Below are positions 60,807 to 64,000 of a stretch of DNA of 64,000 nt, piece by piece; the stretch's first letter is position 1, and every line of letters starts with the position of its first letter. Position numbers and translations under genes: made by a program. Under the pieces are notes generated by a model that saw only the letters and a list, made by a program, of their open reading frames with translations, made no database searches and was not told the origin of the DNA. Where the stretch lies: positions 8,184,001-8,248,000 of the forward strand of contig OX597839.1 of NCBI GenBank assembly GCA_951406725.2, in the 5' to 3' direction. The DNA comes from Octopus vulgaris (taxonomy: Eukaryota).

Positions 60807-61714
60807 GGTGAGAGAGGGAGACAGAGAGAGAAAGCGCGTGCAAAACAGTACACGAATGTATTAATGTATGAAATGGATGAGATAGACAGAGAGAGAAAAA
60901 GAGAGAGACAGACAGACAGACAGGCAGAGAGAGAGAGAGAGAGAATAGAATAATAAATAGGAGCCGGCCGGCGTGGCAGTGAAAGCAAAGCTTGTCTCCG
61001 AACCACATGTTTCCGGGTTCATCCCACCGCGTGACAGCAGTGTCTTTTATTGTAACATTGAACTGATCAAAGACATATTTGGTCGACGGAAACTGAAATA
61101 TATATATATGACGGGCTTCTTTCAGTTTCCGTGGACCATATATATATATATATATTTATATAACGGGCTTCTTTCAGTTTCCGTCGACCAAATCCACTCA
61201 ATATATATATACCGGAGTAAGCACATAAATGTGAAACAAGGTGGAAAAAAGAGTACTCAAATACCAGAGGTAGAGTAATATGCTTTATTTAAACGTTCTG
61301 AGTTCAAATTCCGCCGATGTCGACTTTGCCTTTCATCCTTTCGGGGTCGATCAATAAAGTACCAGTTACGCACTGGGGTCGATGTAATCGACTTAATCCG
61401 TTTGTCTGTCCTTGTTTGTCCCCTCTATGTTTAGCCCCTTGTGGGTAATAAAGAAACAGATAATGTTATGCGGTTAAGAGCCTGGCTTTGTAACCACGTG
61501 GTTTCGGTTTCAGTTCCACTGTGTGACACCTTGAGCAAGCCTATTCTGCTATAGCCGCGAGCCGATCGAGTGAGTTTGGTTGAAGGAAACACGAAGCAGC
61601 CCAGGAAGTGGTTGCAACGACAACAGACAGATGTGAGACACTCGTACAACCAGGGGCTACAAAAAACAAAAAGACAAAGATCACAAGAGAGACATACAGA
61701 TTCACATAATATAC

Positions 61715-62110
61715 AAAGGGGCTAAACACAGAGGGGACGAACAAGGACAGACAAACGGATTAAGTCGATTACATCGACCCCAGTGCGTAAGTGGTACTTA
61801 TTTAATCGTCTCCGAAAGGATGAAAGGCAAAGTCGACCTTGGCTGAATTTGAACTCAGAACACAACGGCAGACGAAATACCTATTTCTTTACCGCCCACA
61901 AGGGGCTAAACACAGGGAGGACAATCAAGGACAGACAAACGGATTAAGTCAATTATATCAACCCCAGTGCGTAACGTACTTATTTAATCGACCCCGAAAG
62001 GATGAAAGGCAAAGTCGACTTCGGCGTAATTTGAACACAGAACGTAACGGCAGACGAAATACGGCTAAGCATTTCGCTCGGCGTGCTAACGTTTCTGCCA
62101 GCTCGCCGCC
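61715..62110 (-). mobile_element. SINE family A dimer
   Basis: Head at ~62110 plus a second unit. Confidence 0.88.
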
Positions 62111-62379
62111 TTTATTCACATGATCTACAACGGCAGGGTACCAAGGGAAAGAGCAGCATTTCAGAAACAGAAAGGCAACTGGGGGCGGGAGCAATATTTT
62201 AAAAAATTCACCCACACAGCCACCAACACCAAGTAAGGAAAATAAGACAAAAGCACCAAACGGACACACAGACACAAAAGAAACACAACAGGGTGGAAAC
62301 ACAAGGAAACAGATTTATTTAGTAGCATACTGGAAAAATTCAAAAATATAAAAGAAAATCACAAAACTGAGTAAAAAAT

Positions 62380-62912
62380 ATGTTTTTTTACTACCCACAA
62401 GAAGCTAAACACAAGGGGACAAACAAGGACAGACAAAGGGATTAAGTCGATTATATCGACCCCAGTGTGTAACTGGTACTTATTTAATCGACCCCGAAAG
62501 GATGAAAGGCAAAGTCGACCTCGGCGGAATTTGAACTCAGAACGTAACGGCAGACGAAATACGTATTTCTTTACTACCCACAAGGGGCTAAACACAGAGG
62601 AGACAAACAAGGACAGACAAACGGATTAAGTCAATTATATCGACCCCAGTGCGTAAGTGGTACTTATTTAATCGACCCCGAAAGGATGAAAGGCAAAGTC
62701 GACCTCGGCGGAATTTGAACTCAAAACGTAACGGCAGACGAAATACGTATTTCTTTACAACCCACAAGGGGCTAAACACAGCGGGGACAAACAAGGACAG
62801 ACAAACGGATTAAGTCGATTACATCGACCCCAGTGCGTAAATGGTACTTAATTTATCGACCCCGAAAGGATGAAAGGCAAAGTCAACCTCAGCGGAATTT
62901 GAACCCAGAACG
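62380..62912 (-). repeat. SINE family A trimer without head
   Basis: Three tandem ~184-bp units. Confidence 0.88.
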
Positions 62913-63276
62913 TAAGAACTGAGTAATATAACCAAGGTAAAAATAATGAGGGTTGCGAGGAGAACAAAAAATGCATATTAACAGATAAGGAAGACTACAG
63001 AATACTGAAAGAGACATTTCCTTTAGAGGTAGACCTATTGGGGCAGGAAGTGAAATGCGAACTCCGGTCCATTGTGGTGAAATATGAAAAAAATATCAAA
63101 TAGAACATTTTATGGTAAGGAAAATTTTCATTAAAAATATCTGTAATTTTTATTGGTTGGAAAAAAAACAGGAAAAATTGTTTGTATAAACACTGAAATA
63201 ACGTAATGACACTAGGGGTGGGGCCGGGGTGCTCGTCTCATTTTCATTGTAAATATTACATTTTCATTTATGTTTT

Positions 63277-63980
63277 ACGTTCTGAGTTCAAATTCCGCCG
63301 AGGTCGACTTTGCCTTTCAAACTTTCGGGGTCGATTAAATAAGTACCAGTTATGCACTGGGATCGATATAATCGACTTAATCCGTTTGTCTGTCTTTGAT
63401 TGTCCTCTCTGTGGGCAGTAAAGAAATAGGTATTTCGTCTGCCATTACGTTCTGAGTTCAAATTCCGTCGCGGTCGACTTTGCCTTTCATCCTTTCGGGG
63501 TCGATAAATAAAGTACCAGTTTCGCACTGGGGTCGATGTAATCGACTTAATCTCTTTGTCTGTCCTTGTTTGTCCACTCTGTGCTTATCCCTTTGTGGGT
63601 AATAAAGAAATAGGTATTTCGTCTGTCCTTACGTTATGAGTTCAAATTCCGCCGAGGTCGACTTTGTCTTTCAAACTTTCGGGGTCGATTAAATAAGTAC
63701 CAGTTACGCACTGGGGTCGATGTAATCGACTTAATCTCTTTGTCTGTCCTCGTTTGTCCACTCTGTGTTTATCTCCTTGTGGGTAATAAAGAAATAGGTA
63801 TTTCGTCTGTCCTTACGTTATGAGTTCAAATTCCGCCGAGGTCGACTTTAGCTTTCATCATTTCGGGGTCGATTAAATAAGTACCAGTTACGCACTGGGG
63901 TCGATGTAATCGACTTAATCTCTTTGTCTGTCCTCGTTTGTCCACTCTATGTTTAGCCCCTTCTGGACAATAAAGAAATA
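63277..63980 (+). repeat. SINE family A tetramer without head
   Basis: Four tandem units joined at aaagaaata|ggtatttcg. Confidence 0.9.
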
Positions 63981-64000
63981 TATTAACTCTTTGTCTTTCT

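Overview
AT-rich, microsatellite-saturated animal genomic DNA. The SINE content looks like octopus/cephalopod, which is my inference and not a database result. Almost all ORF-track entries are translations of (TA)n, (TATG)n, (ATT)n, (GAT)n, (TAG)n and (GATA)n repeats. The only long real ORF is an intact APE-endonuclease/reverse-transcriptase ORF2 of a CR1-group LINE (30426-33413) with an (AATC)n tail, inserted into the internal (TA)n of a bipartite SINE. The rest is layered mobile DNA: three tRNA-derived SINE families (one forming 184-bp tandem arrays, one with four alternative tails), RTE, R4/Dong-like and Penelope-like remnants, a Tc1/mariner remnant, two non-autonomous Helitrons, MITEs and fold-back palindromes. 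There is also one plausible host exon (36476-36720). The most striking hidden signal is about ten minimal type I hammerhead-ribozyme motifs, most in short non-coding islands embedded in microsatellites. They include a U3-A8 compensatory variant, forms with a long stem II, and a three-copy family of ~200-bp elements with a non-canonical CUGU(U/A)GAA core. All folds and alignments were done by eye.
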